A stretch of DNA of 64,000 nucleotides from a virus (lineage: Duplodnaviria; Caudoviricetes). The DNA is taken from the IMG/VR virus record IMGVR_UViG_3300042344_000673, positions 2,078 to 66,077 of that record. The stretch is one strand, 5' to 3'. The notes under the pieces were generated by a model, which worked only from the letters and a program-made list of their open reading frames with translations, did not search any database and had not been told where the DNA came from. Of this stretch, positions 1-9,673 are shown piece by piece (position 1 is the stretch's first letter; every line of letters begins with the position of its first letter). The translations under genes and the position numbers were made by a program.

Positions 1-57
1 GTAAACTTGAACTGGTGTGCTAGCCCCCGATATGAAGTCTATTCTTACCTGTGTCAT
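1..57 (-). CDS. 5' end of a gene running off the left edge (MTQVRIDFISGASTPVQVY...), probable virion protein
   Basis: ATG at 57-55 overlaps the TGA of the upstream gene (ATGA coupling); frame open to position 1. Confidence 0.65.
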   Translation of the reverse strand, partial: MTQVRIDFISGASTPVQVY

Positions 58-2204
58 GACAAACAACTTATATCATAGTTTATAACCAAATCTATAACGA
101 TACTTTGATTGAGCAAAGCAGGATTTGTACCATTGGTTTGAATTGTTATTTGGTTGGTTTGTGGATTTACAATGACAGATGTTACACCAGGTACACCATA
201 AAGTAATGTGGTAATTGTATCGTAATACAAATTATCTGAAGGAGCAACATTTAATTGTGTTGTCGTGAAGAAAGTTGTTTGACCACTCAATCCACTTGGC
301 TCAACTTTGACTTGTGCTGTGAATGTTGCAGAGTTAAAAGTACAACCCGAGTTTCCAAAAATTAAGTCTTGGTATCCATCATTCAACATCTGTAATAATC
401 CAAACTGACATGGTGATACCGTAGTTAAGAACTCGGAACCCATGACATATGTGGTATAAGAGGCGTAGGTCGAAAAACAAGAAATTGTCGTTTGTCTAGT
501 TAGGTAACATCCTGTTAAATCAGTAATAGTAACACTATAAGTTCCTCCTGTAAGACCCGATACTGATATTTGTTGTGGATTATTAGGTACGTTATCAGAC
601 CATTGATAGGTAAATGGTGGTTGACCACTCGAAATAAATGCGGTTATTGTACCACTATCCCCCGTTCCACAACCTGTACTGTATATTGAAAAATCTAATG
701 GTATAGAATTACCCACAAAAACTTGTGCCGTCTGTGTACACCCTGAAGAATCTGTAACTTGAACCACATGTTGTCCTGCGGTAATATTAGTGAACGTCAC
801 AGAACTTAAAGTTGTATCTGAAAAATAAGTTATACCATCTAAACTATATTGAAAAGGTTCAACGCCCCCACTTGTCTTTATCAATTCAATTGCCCCGTTT
901 GAACCATTACATGTTGTTCCACTTACAAGTGTAGAAATTGTAAATAAATTATCTGTAAAAATGTCAACATCTTGAGCGTAGGCACAACCAGTCTCATCAG
1001 TAACAAAAAGAGAATAAGTACCTGCCGATAAATTATTGAAAAACTGATTGGACTCAATTGATGTTACAATTTGTGAATTTGAGTCAGGATAAATAAGTTG
1101 GTAAGTATATGGGGGGCTTCCTTCTGTTACATTTATTAGTAAGGAACCACCAGTACTTGAACAAACGGAGTTCTCAATCGTCAATGAAACTGAACCCAAA
1201 CTTTGTGGAGTTGATATTTCTGTTCCCACAACAATATTACACAATCCGGCGTCCGTTACTGAAAACAAATATGACCCTGAAGGTATATTATTCAAAACAA
1301 ATTGTTGAGAATAAGTTATAAGTACATTTCCCGTTGAAGCAGAATAATAATATGGTGCCGTTCCTCCTGATATGTTGAGCGTCAATGACCCGTCACTACT
1401 AAAACAAGTTGGTGTTATTGCTGAAAAGTAAGTAAACCCTAAAGGTTGAACTTCTCCGACTCCTACCGACTTTGTTCTTTTACAACCGTTAGCATCCGTA
1501 ACTTCGACTGAGTATGTCCCTGTGGTCAATCCTGTTATTGTGCTTCCCGTATCACCATTACTCCAAACATAAGTGTATGGTGGTGTGCCAGTTTGACCTG
1601 TGACGTAGACTTTACCGATTGGTGTGAACGTGTTGGCACATGGGGAACTCGGCACTGAGTAGAAACCGAAATCTAACTCATTCGAACTTGAAATTATAAA
1701 ACTTGGAGTGGAACCTGATGTTCCTCCAATATCCTCCGCAACAATGTAATAACTGTCAGCAGATAAACTTGTGAAAACAAACTCTCCCGAATTAGTATAA
1801 CCCGAACTTACTAAACTATTTGAGGTGGTGTAAAGATAAAAATTGGTTGTTGCCAAATTAGCGGTCGAGGTGGCACTTACCGACCCGTTATTAAGCCCAC
1901 AAGTTGTATCAACGAGACCTAATATGGAAGCACAGATTCCACTACTTACTAAGACGTTAATATTATTGTATCCGTAATTGTTAGGTGTGCTTGAATCAAT
2001 TCCGTTAATTACGTAAACACCAGGAAAAAGACCCGTTCTTGTTGATGTACCGCCGATACTATAATCTGAACCCAAATCGGGGTCGACCCATGTGACAGTA
2101 TATGGTGGAGTACCCCCAGTAAATGTAATACTTATCACACCCGCACCAGTATTCAAACTGTCACCAGTTATCAATAATGAATAATTAAGTGCTACGTTAG
2201 ACAT
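54..2204 (-). CDS. SprB-repeat protein, putative tail fibre/adhesin
   Basis: Several repeats of GGTxPY(T/Q)YxW...GL(T/S)xGxYxVxVTDxxGC, typical of Bacteroidota SprB repeats; lies in the baseplate operon. Confidence 0.8.
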   Translation of the reverse strand: MSNVALNYSLLITGDSLNTGAGVISITFTGGTPPYTVTWVDPDLGSDYSIGGTSTRTGLFPGVYVINGIDSSTPNNYGYNNINVLVSSGICASILGLVDTTCGLNNGSVSATSTANLATTNFYLYTTSNSLVSSGYTNSGEFVFTSLSADSYYIVAEDIGGTSGSTPSFIISSSNELDFGFYSVPSSPCANTFTPIGKVYVTGQTGTPPYTYVWSNGDTGSTITGLTTGTYSVEVTDANGCKRTKSVGVGEVQPLGFTYFSAITPTCFSSDGSLTLNISGGTAPYYYSASTGNVLITYSQQFVLNNIPSGSYLFSVTDAGLCNIVVGTEISTPQSLGSVSLTIENSVCSSTGGSLLINVTEGSPPYTYQLIYPDSNSQIVTSIESNQFFNNLSAGTYSLFVTDETGCAYAQDVDIFTDNLFTISTLVSGTTCNGSNGAIELIKTSGGVEPFQYSLDGITYFSDTTLSSVTFTNITAGQHVVQVTDSSGCTQTAQVFVGNSIPLDFSIYSTGCGTGDSGTITAFISSGQPPFTYQWSDNVPNNPQQISVSGLTGGTYSVTITDLTGCYLTRQTTISCFSTYASYTTYVMGSEFLTTVSPCQFGLLQMLNDGYQDLIFGNSGCTFNSATFTAQVKVEPSGLSGQTTFFTTTQLNVAPSDNLYYDTITTLLYGVPGVTSVIVNPQTNQITIQTNGTNPALLNQSIVIDLVINYDISCLS

Positions 2205-5175
2205 TACAATTTATGTTTATATTTATCCCCGTGTTTAGAACCAATTCCTCATTAACATAATAGGGTGACGATGTTAAGTTCACAAAACTGATATTATTCC
2301 CATTTATATAGAATGTATATCCATAATTGTAAAGTTGTGGTAAGTATTGAATCAAAGCATTTCTCCAATCTGTAGCGGTTGGTATGTCATTTGAGCCAAC
2401 ACCATAAAAAAAAGGTTGTTGTATAAGAATATTATTTCCAATTCTTAAATCAATATACCATGTGGTGGTAACTGAATCTAAAATACATTGAGTCAGGCTA
2501 ACACCTGATGAACTTAACATACTATTGACAGAAAAATATAATATCGAGCTGAAATTAGAAACTTGTACATCCCCGTTCAACCATGGGTAAATTGAGAATG
2601 ATGGATTAACACAATTAGAGGTGTAATTGAAAATACCGCTTGATATTTTACATGGATTTGCCTCGACAGGTTCTTCGATACAACCTCTCTGTCTTCTATA
2701 AACAAATTTTTGTTTGTGTAGAACGGAGTTCTCGAATTTTATACCTCCTTGCCAAATGGTTGTAGCAGGAATCATTTGTTCCACCAACTTCATCCAATAC
2801 GGACCTATACCTTCTACATAATCAATTAATTTCTGATAAGTGTATTTGTTATTTGGTAAACCAACAGTTTGTTCAGATTGGATATATTTCCACCAAATGG
2901 ACTGTAAGGTTGGGTATCCTCCTGTTTTTCCATCCGTTATGTATAATCTATTTCTTGTGTTCACCATATTTTCCCAAAAAGTTTGGTAGAACTCAAAAAA
3001 TGTTTTTTGTTTTGGCTGTGGATTTACATAAGTCCAGTCAACACCACCAGGTACAGGGTATCCCACCGTGAGACCAGATTCAGGAATCGGATAGTCATAT
3101 CTTCTTGATTGGTCCCAAACATCGTAAACTAATCCTTGAGCAGGATTTAAGAATAAATCTATGTTTTTGACATTAAGAACAAGTTTTTCATTCCCAACAT
3201 AATAGTAGGCGTTGTAATCCGCTTGATTCGATATCCTTAACTTATCATCATCATCTAACCAACTCTTATTATTATCAATAATCTTCCTTAACTTGAATCC
3301 CAGGTTCATATATGGAAAATCTCTGTATCTATCGAGATAAAGTTGACCATAGGTAAAAGGTTGTAGTTGTGTTTGAATATCGATGTTTTGACCTGTGTAT
3401 ACATTTCCTGTGATGGTAACTTGGTCAGGACTTCTATGTTGTGGTGTAACCTCGTACCAACCCGCACCAAGTTGGAAGAAATAATTTTCAGTATCTCTCG
3501 GTGCCTTCGGATAACCTAAATCATCTACAGGATAATCATCTCGAGTGATTATTGCTGCTTCATACGTAGCGGAAGAAGTAAATGCTGAAAATAAAACCCC
3601 TTTTACTTTAAAAGTAACTCCTGGTAAATATGTTGGCGTTTGCTCAACATATGTTCCACCAGTAATTGCCAGATATTGTGTTGTAAAGTTTTTTAAATTT
3701 ATTCTTTGGTCGGCTAAATAAATGTGTTCGTTATACTCAATCAATGATTCGGGAGCACCAATCAATCTCATTAGAAACTCTATAGACCTTCTTGTACCTT
3801 TTGACTTAAACAAATAAGCGGCGTTCAAGATTAAATTTCTGTAGAAGGCGTAGTTTAATTCTGTTGGTGTTAAAGCTCTAGCGTAACCAGGGTAATTGGG
3901 TTTACTTTGGTTGCCAAACACGGAGTCCAAGAAATTTTCATTCGTTATTGGTGAAAAGTTAGAAGACCATCCGAGTGTTTGAGACAAGTTGACTAATAAT
4001 TGATTCGGAATGTTATTTCCTGGGTTATATTGAACTGAGTTCATAAACGCCAAGGACTCAATAAATTGTTTTACTTGGTCAAAGCTCCTACCATATATTT
4101 GTAATATCTTTTCAACCTTTTGATTTAGGGTATCGAATTCTTTTATAGCATCAGTAACCAAAAACCTCGAAATTAGGTTTGTCTTATAAGAGTCTAAATC
4201 TACAGCAATAGATTGAAGTTGGGTTAAGTATGTATCAAAAGCGGCACCGAGAATTGACAAGTTCCATGGTCCATCTTTTGGCCACGTTACTTGTTGATAA
4301 TTGGTATAAAACTGACCCGCTTGATTCTGTGCTGGTATTTGGAAGAAAGCAGTATACTCAGGAACAGTCAATCTGTTAATCAAAAACTTTTCAACCTCAT
4401 CGAAATCTTCGAGAAATACCTTATCAACGATGTAGTCGTTTGGTCTTACTAAGAAATTACCGAAATAAGTTGTTGCTGTCGTTGGGAAAGGTTGTCCTGA
4501 AACGTAAAAACCCAAAGGACCTGTAGTGGTAGAAGGTGACGGTTCAAAACCAACAACCTTATATTCGATATCATTAATAGAAATGGCATAATCCAAATAC
4601 GTTTCGGTTAGGTTTCTATACTTTGAGGTGATAATTTCACGAGCCTCAATATTTGTAGTGGCACTTACACTATATTCAATCGCAAATGGGTTATTCAATC
4701 TATCAAGGTTGACCTGAAAGAATGTCTCATCTGAAATAGAATCGTACGTGATATTGATAGCGGTTGCCCCTGTTGTAAAATCAATATTATCAAATAAAAC
4801 TTCTATTGCCGCAGGAAAATAGTTAATAATTTTGGTTACAGAAACACTGAACCTTTTGGCTAAAGAACCATACAAAGAAAAATTAAGAACTTGAGAAACA
4901 TCATAATTAGGATAGACTCTAAACTGAGTTGCTTGAATCGCTCTACTTTGTAAAACATCTTCTAAACCCAAATCATCCAATGATAAAGGTTCGGAGAATG
5001 CCCCAACATTAAAGGTTCTATTTACCTTTTCTGTAACAATGTCATTAAAATCAAAAACACCTAACGTAAGTCCTCCACCATTGACAGTCTGTAAACCAAC
5101 AATGTTGTCAGAGAAAGTTCCCGCACCATTACCAGGTCTCGGAGGGTAAAAATATTTGGTTCTTGAAGTACTCAT
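2197..5175 (-). CDS. Baseplate wedge/tail protein with P2 gpI/T4 gp7-like segment
   Basis: LVNLSQTLGW...YLFKSKGTRRSIEFLMRLIG resembles the tail protein I motif; context. Confidence 0.6.
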   Translation of the reverse strand: MSTSRTKYFYPPRPGNGAGTFSDNIVGLQTVNGGGLTLGVFDFNDIVTEKVNRTFNVGAFSEPLSLDDLGLEDVLQSRAIQATQFRVYPNYDVSQVLNFSLYGSLAKRFSVSVTKIINYFPAAIEVLFDNIDFTTGATAINITYDSISDETFFQVNLDRLNNPFAIEYSVSATTNIEAREIITSKYRNLTETYLDYAISINDIEYKVVGFEPSPSTTTGPLGFYVSGQPFPTTATTYFGNFLVRPNDYIVDKVFLEDFDEVEKFLINRLTVPEYTAFFQIPAQNQAGQFYTNYQQVTWPKDGPWNLSILGAAFDTYLTQLQSIAVDLDSYKTNLISRFLVTDAIKEFDTLNQKVEKILQIYGRSFDQVKQFIESLAFMNSVQYNPGNNIPNQLLVNLSQTLGWSSNFSPITNENFLDSVFGNQSKPNYPGYARALTPTELNYAFYRNLILNAAYLFKSKGTRRSIEFLMRLIGAPESLIEYNEHIYLADQRINLKNFTTQYLAITGGTYVEQTPTYLPGVTFKVKGVLFSAFTSSATYEAAIITRDDYPVDDLGYPKAPRDTENYFFQLGAGWYEVTPQHRSPDQVTITGNVYTGQNIDIQTQLQPFTYGQLYLDRYRDFPYMNLGFKLRKIIDNNKSWLDDDDKLRISNQADYNAYYYVGNEKLVLNVKNIDLFLNPAQGLVYDVWDQSRRYDYPIPESGLTVGYPVPGGVDWTYVNPQPKQKTFFEFYQTFWENMVNTRNRLYITDGKTGGYPTLQSIWWKYIQSEQTVGLPNNKYTYQKLIDYVEGIGPYWMKLVEQMIPATTIWQGGIKFENSVLHKQKFVYRRQRGCIEEPVEANPCKISSGIFNYTSNCVNPSFSIYPWLNGDVQVSNFSSILYFSVNSMLSSSGVSLTQCILDSVTTTWYIDLRIGNNILIQQPFFYGVGSNDIPTATDWRNALIQYLPQLYNYGYTFYINGNNISFVNLTSSPYYVNEELVLNTGINININCNV

Positions 5176-6083
5176 TGAGCTGTGATAGTTGTGAAGTTTT
5201 TACTGAAGTCGATATTATTACCACGATTTTGTCTAACCTCATATAGAAGAGCATTGAATTGGTCTCTAATTTCATACAAGTTGTATTGTCTGTATATGTT
5301 GTTCTGTGAATCGTAGATTGTGTATATACCATCATCAATAGACTTGGTTTGATTACCATAAAGGGCAATTGCGAGAGATGATATATCGTATTCAACCATT
5401 TCAACCTCCAATGTTACCGGGTTAAAAAATGTATTTGAAATAATAACCTCTTGGTCAGGTTGACCAATATATGGTGTTGCGTTTGGATTGTTGGTAGGTG
5501 ATGATGACGGGGATAATGTCAAAAATAATAAGTTTGCCGTACCATCAACATATCTATATCTTATCGCCTTTTGAGTAGAATTCGTTTGGTTAGATACGAC
5601 AGGCTCACAATAGAAACAAGAAGTTACAACTCTGAAGAAGTTAGGAATTTTTGAACCATCAGGGTTTAAATACTCCACTCTGAATCCAACAAGTCCTTGA
5701 GGTACGAATTTATTTTGGAACTCAGGTGGCACGTTTGTAACATCTATAATAATTCCTTTGACGTTGGGAAGAGCGCTTAAAACACCACAATCCGTGATTA
5801 CAGTTCTTATTTGTGCTGGTCTCAAATAGAGAGTATAAATACCAATTGCGTTGAATTGATTGGCCGGCAGAGTTAAATTATATAACCCACCCAAAACTTC
5901 GACACCAGCATTTCCCCCAGTTGCCGTATTGTTAAAAAATGGTCTCAAAATTGTTGGTGCGTCCAACCTTGTTAACGTAAAATCTTGAGTCGCATCACGA
6001 GTCGGCGTATACACCATAAGGATTTCTACATCTTCAGGTGAAACATCACTCGGTCTTATTGTACCATATGAACCTATCGCCAT
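5172..6083 (-). CDS. Putative virion structural protein
   Basis: 303 aa ORF, ATGA-coupled, TATTTAT motif upstream, in baseplate cluster. Confidence 0.55.
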   Translation of the reverse strand: MAIGSYGTIRPSDVSPEDVEILMVYTPTRDATQDFTLTRLDAPTILRPFFNNTATGGNAGVEVLGGLYNLTLPANQFNAIGIYTLYLRPAQIRTVITDCGVLSALPNVKGIIIDVTNVPPEFQNKFVPQGLVGFRVEYLNPDGSKIPNFFRVVTSCFYCEPVVSNQTNSTQKAIRYRYVDGTANLLFLTLSPSSSPTNNPNATPYIGQPDQEVIISNTFFNPVTLEVEMVEYDISSLAIALYGNQTKSIDDGIYTIYDSQNNIYRQYNLYEIRDQFNALLYEVRQNRGNNIDFSKNFTTITAQ

Positions 6084-6106
6084 ATTTTCTTTTTTTTATA
6101 AATAGT

Positions 6107-7186
6107 TTAGTCCCTGTTTTGGACATTGAAAAATCCGTATCCGTAATTTAATAAATCACCAATATTATCAACCTCACCTAATCTCTGAACCCTCTCGTAA
6201 GCACTATTTTTTCCTCTTTCAACATACACGTCCGTTTGTATTTGAGGTTGGTCAATAAGTTTTAATAGTGCCTCATCTTTAGTTATGGGCTCCGCAGTTA
6301 AATTGTTCGCGGTAAATCCTGATGATTCAACAAAAAATATTGTCGAGCCGTCGGAAAAATCATAGTAGTTTATATTGTTAATTGTGTAACCGGTTGAGAA
6401 AGTTCCAATGTCCGTTACAACACCCCATATTTGTCCATTACTAATAACTGGAACCCCTACTTGATATTTGACAGGACCATATAATTGTAGTTCAGTCAAT
6501 CGGGACCTGGTTATACCCGAAACAACATAAGGTACCGTCGTGTAATTGTTCGAAGTCTGAGGTGCCACTTGGTTTACCGCATCCCCTGAAAAAATATAAT
6601 TGTAAGAAATAGGAGTTGCTGACCAGCTTCCCGTGTTAGGGAAAAAGAATGCTGTCCCATTTGGATTCGGTGGTATAATATCTTGATATGGCGTTGTTAT
6701 TTTCTTTTCAACTTTTGTTATTCCCCACGGATTGGTTTGTGTTAATGTTATGGTATAAGCTGAAGAGGTTACTGGATAGTTATGTGGAATGTTATTTGGA
6801 GTAAATGTTGTAATTATTTGTGGTGCGGACCCATCACCCCAGTCAACAACGTAATTCGAAAGTTCCAAAAACTTTTGAAATTCGTTAGAAGTATTGTAAA
6901 CATAGTAAGTGTATGGATTTCCTGTTGTCGAACTAAATATAAAATTGGCAACCACATCTTTTTGTAAAACAGCACCATCAAACGGAGAATAATATCCTAC
7001 GTCAACCGCAGATTGGGTCAACATTAAATTAACTGTTAGACCAGTCAACAATGAACTTCCGTTTGTACCCCCACTTAAAACTTGAGTCATCGATGAATAT
7101 ACTCCAACAGGTATCCCTTTGTAGTTGACAGTGAAAATGTCACCTTTGATATTCTCAGGAGATACTATAAAATTATAAGTGTCCAT
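6107..7186 (-). CDS. Putative structural protein with PKD-like Ig domain
   Basis: YVVDWGDGS...HNY...YTITLT PKD-like signature. Confidence 0.6.
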   Translation of the reverse strand: MDTYNFIVSPENIKGDIFTVNYKGIPVGVYSSMTQVLSGGTNGSSLLTGLTVNLMLTQSAVDVGYYSPFDGAVLQKDVVANFIFSSTTGNPYTYYVYNTSNEFQKFLELSNYVVDWGDGSAPQIITTFTPNNIPHNYPVTSSAYTITLTQTNPWGITKVEKKITTPYQDIIPPNPNGTAFFFPNTGSWSATPISYNYIFSGDAVNQVAPQTSNNYTTVPYVVSGITRSRLTELQLYGPVKYQVGVPVISNGQIWGVVTDIGTFSTGYTINNINYYDFSDGSTIFFVESSGFTANNLTAEPITKDEALLKLIDQPQIQTDVYVERGKNSAYERVQRLGEVDNIGDLLNYGYGFFNVQNRD

Positions 7187-7998
7187 TACTGTGGGGGGTT
7201 TACATATTCATACCAATTTATTGGATTTGCGGCATCTCCGAGCCTTTGTCTTACTTGATTGAAAACTTGATAAGTTTGTGTCGGGTAATCTAACTTCACA
7301 GGAAGGTAAAGATATTTGGATATGTCAAACATATAAGGGGTTCCCGCTTGAGCCAGGTTCCATTGCCCCTCGTTCATCATTTTGACAAAATACCCTTTTT
7401 CCGCATTGTAAAACTTAGCGGTCATCCAAAAGTTTGTTATATCCAAAAATTCCCTGCTTTTTAACCAATAAATAAAATAACCCTCTTTGTCACCAACGTA
7501 GTCTAAAACAAACTCAGGTTTTTTTATTGTGACGTTAGTTCTCTGCATAATTGCCGAGGTTACCAACCCCTGTTGTGTTGGAATGATGAGTGTAAAATAA
7601 TTTGTTTGTCTCTTCTCATCGTTGTTATCGTAAAAATCCAACTTGAAAAATGAGTTGGCAAAATTATTATTGTAATAATAAATGTCTTGTGTTGAGAAAC
7701 CCTCTGCCAAGTAATTGGGTTGCCAGTTCAATTGGTTAGTGAGAGAACCCCCTGAATAAAAATAAAACTTATAGTTAATTTCAGTCACTCCGCTTGAAGT
7801 CCCACTATAAGGTTGATTGGCAAATCTTGTAACTTCGAAGTCTCTTCCATCACCTAACACCTCAGCAATAACCCCTTGTTCATATAGTTCAATGGAATCT
7901 CCAACATTAAGATAATCCCAATTAAGTTCGATAGGAATGTTTAAGGACCTATCGATTCCAACGGATTGGCTAAGTTTTACTTTACTCGCAGGCATCAA
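7186..7998 (-). CDS. Hypothetical, probable structural protein
   Basis: 270 aa ORF overlapping both neighbours; start uncertain. Confidence 0.5.
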   Translation of the reverse strand: MMPASKVKLSQSVGIDRSLNIPIELNWDYLNVGDSIELYEQGVIAEVLGDGRDFEVTRFANQPYSGTSSGVTEINYKFYFYSGGSLTNQLNWQPNYLAEGFSTQDIYYYNNNFANSFFKLDFYDNNDEKRQTNYFTLIIPTQQGLVTSAIMQRTNVTIKKPEFVLDYVGDKEGYFIYWLKSREFLDITNFWMTAKFYNAEKGYFVKMMNEGQWNLAQAGTPYMFDISKYLYLPVKLDYPTQTYQVFNQVRQRLGDAANPINWYEYVNPPQ

Positions 7999-9673
7999 TC
8001 AAAGGTTTAATTGGGTAGTTTATTCCACCTAACACATTGTTGTAATTAATACCTTCAGGTATTAATCTGAATATTACATTCTGATAGGGGTAGTGGGCTT
8101 TATTTAAATATGGGTAATCAACCCCACGATTCAAATTATCAAAAAAACCGTATTGGTATAAATCTCTCCATCTGAAGGATTGGTCTGCTTGTGAATAATA
8201 TGAATAGCTAGGGATGTCGACGACAGATTCTGCCGGTCCTTCATCAACATAATCCGAAAAGAATCTCAAATTCATTTGTTGGTAAGGTTTATAGTAAAAA
8301 CCTGGAGCATTTGGATTTGGTAGAATTGTTGTGGTGAAGACGTTTTGGTTATATTTTATTTTATGATAATATGGGGAAATGACTCTCTCGATTTGTTGAT
8401 AATCATTCCACTCACAGAAGTCACCGTCCATGATATCACCTTTGGATAAATCGGAGTTATAATAAAATGTCTTTGTTGTTCCACTCGTCTTCGTGTAAGA
8501 TTGTAAAGGTATATTTGTATTGGAATTAAAATTCGTAGTTGCCCACCAAGAGGTTGTCTCAGATGATAGATTGAACTGCCAACCTTGTTTTATACCTATC
8601 CCATTGGATGGTTCGTTGAAATAACCCGAGTATCCTTTGAAAACAATGGTTAAAAAAAGTTCTGTAATCGGTCTCTTTTGATTATCTATTAGGTCAATTA
8701 TGTCCAAATCTTTGGCAACTGTGAAATTATAGGCATTACTACTTGTCTTTTGAACAATTCGATTAATGTTATTTGGCGTTAACGAACTAAGCTCTAACTT
8801 TCTTTGTTCTTGAAAAACGTTTTTCTCGAAACCAGCCTTTGTCACAATTAAGTCTTCAACATCGGTTAAGATTTTATGTCGTCTGACATAATATTTCGAT
8901 GTGGTCTCTAACTCATTAGCGGCATTAATTACTCTTCTAAAAGTTCCGACAACACCATCTTGAAATGTTGTTCCTGTATATCCCACGTTTAATATATTGA
9001 AAATGAATGGTGAAGATAAAAACGTATCGTCACCCAAAGAATGTACCTGAAATAAATCTTCCTGTTTGTAGCTAAAAGGCAATTTCACAAATTCTCCAAC
9101 CGCCAGTCCATGTTCCGAAATACATTCGAATGAAATTAACTCCTGACCATTTTGTGTAATATTCTTAATGGTGAAAGGAATACCATCCTTAGCAACCCAC
9201 GAACCTATAGAACATAAAGTGGTATTGAAAACTTGATTCTCATTATTTTCTACGGGATAACTAAGATAGAATGTCCAATTATAGGTGTAAGCACTTTTTG
9301 CTCTGTAATCCAAATGATTGTCAGGGATGTTAGGTCTGTAAAAATCGAATTCATAGAACTGTGGAAAACCACCCCAAATACCACTCACAACAGACTCCTC
9401 TTCAGCGACATGCCATAAGTTATTCCTGAACGGTATGTAATCTGTAGTTCCAGAATAAGTATTATCGTAGAGATAGGTAACCTTAAAGGTGGGTCTAAAA
9501 ATTGTAGAAGCTTGTCTCTCATTATCATAAACTTGACTGAGTTCAACTGTGGAAGTTCTATCATATTCAATAATCTCCCGTTGTTGCTGTTCCAGTCCGA
9601 GCTGAACGGATTGGTCAACACTTGGGGAAGCTTTGTATTGTATGGCACTTGGTATGGATGTATACCTATTCAT
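7982..9673 (-). CDS. Hypothetical, probable baseplate-associated protein
   Basis: 563 aa ORF, beta-rich, coupled in structural operon. Confidence 0.5.
   Translation of the reverse strand: MNRYTSIPSAIQYKASPSVDQSVQLGLEQQQREIIEYDRTSTVELSQVYDNERQASTIFRPTFKVTYLYDNTYSGTTDYIPFRNNLWHVAEEESVVSGIWGGFPQFYEFDFYRPNIPDNHLDYRAKSAYTYNWTFYLSYPVENNENQVFNTTLCSIGSWVAKDGIPFTIKNITQNGQELISFECISEHGLAVGEFVKLPFSYKQEDLFQVHSLGDDTFLSSPFIFNILNVGYTGTTFQDGVVGTFRRVINAANELETTSKYYVRRHKILTDVEDLIVTKAGFEKNVFQEQRKLELSSLTPNNINRIVQKTSSNAYNFTVAKDLDIIDLIDNQKRPITELFLTIVFKGYSGYFNEPSNGIGIKQGWQFNLSSETTSWWATTNFNSNTNIPLQSYTKTSGTTKTFYYNSDLSKGDIMDGDFCEWNDYQQIERVISPYYHKIKYNQNVFTTTILPNPNAPGFYYKPYQQMNLRFFSDYVDEGPAESVVDIPSYSYYSQADQSFRWRDLYQYGFFDNLNRGVDYPYLNKAHYPYQNVIFRLIPEGINYNNVLGGINYPIKPLIDACE

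Noticed and set aside
6097-6104. TATAAATA as a canonical T4 late promoter
   Set aside because: It lies on the non-coding strand relative to the adjacent gene; reported as the TATTTAT motif instead
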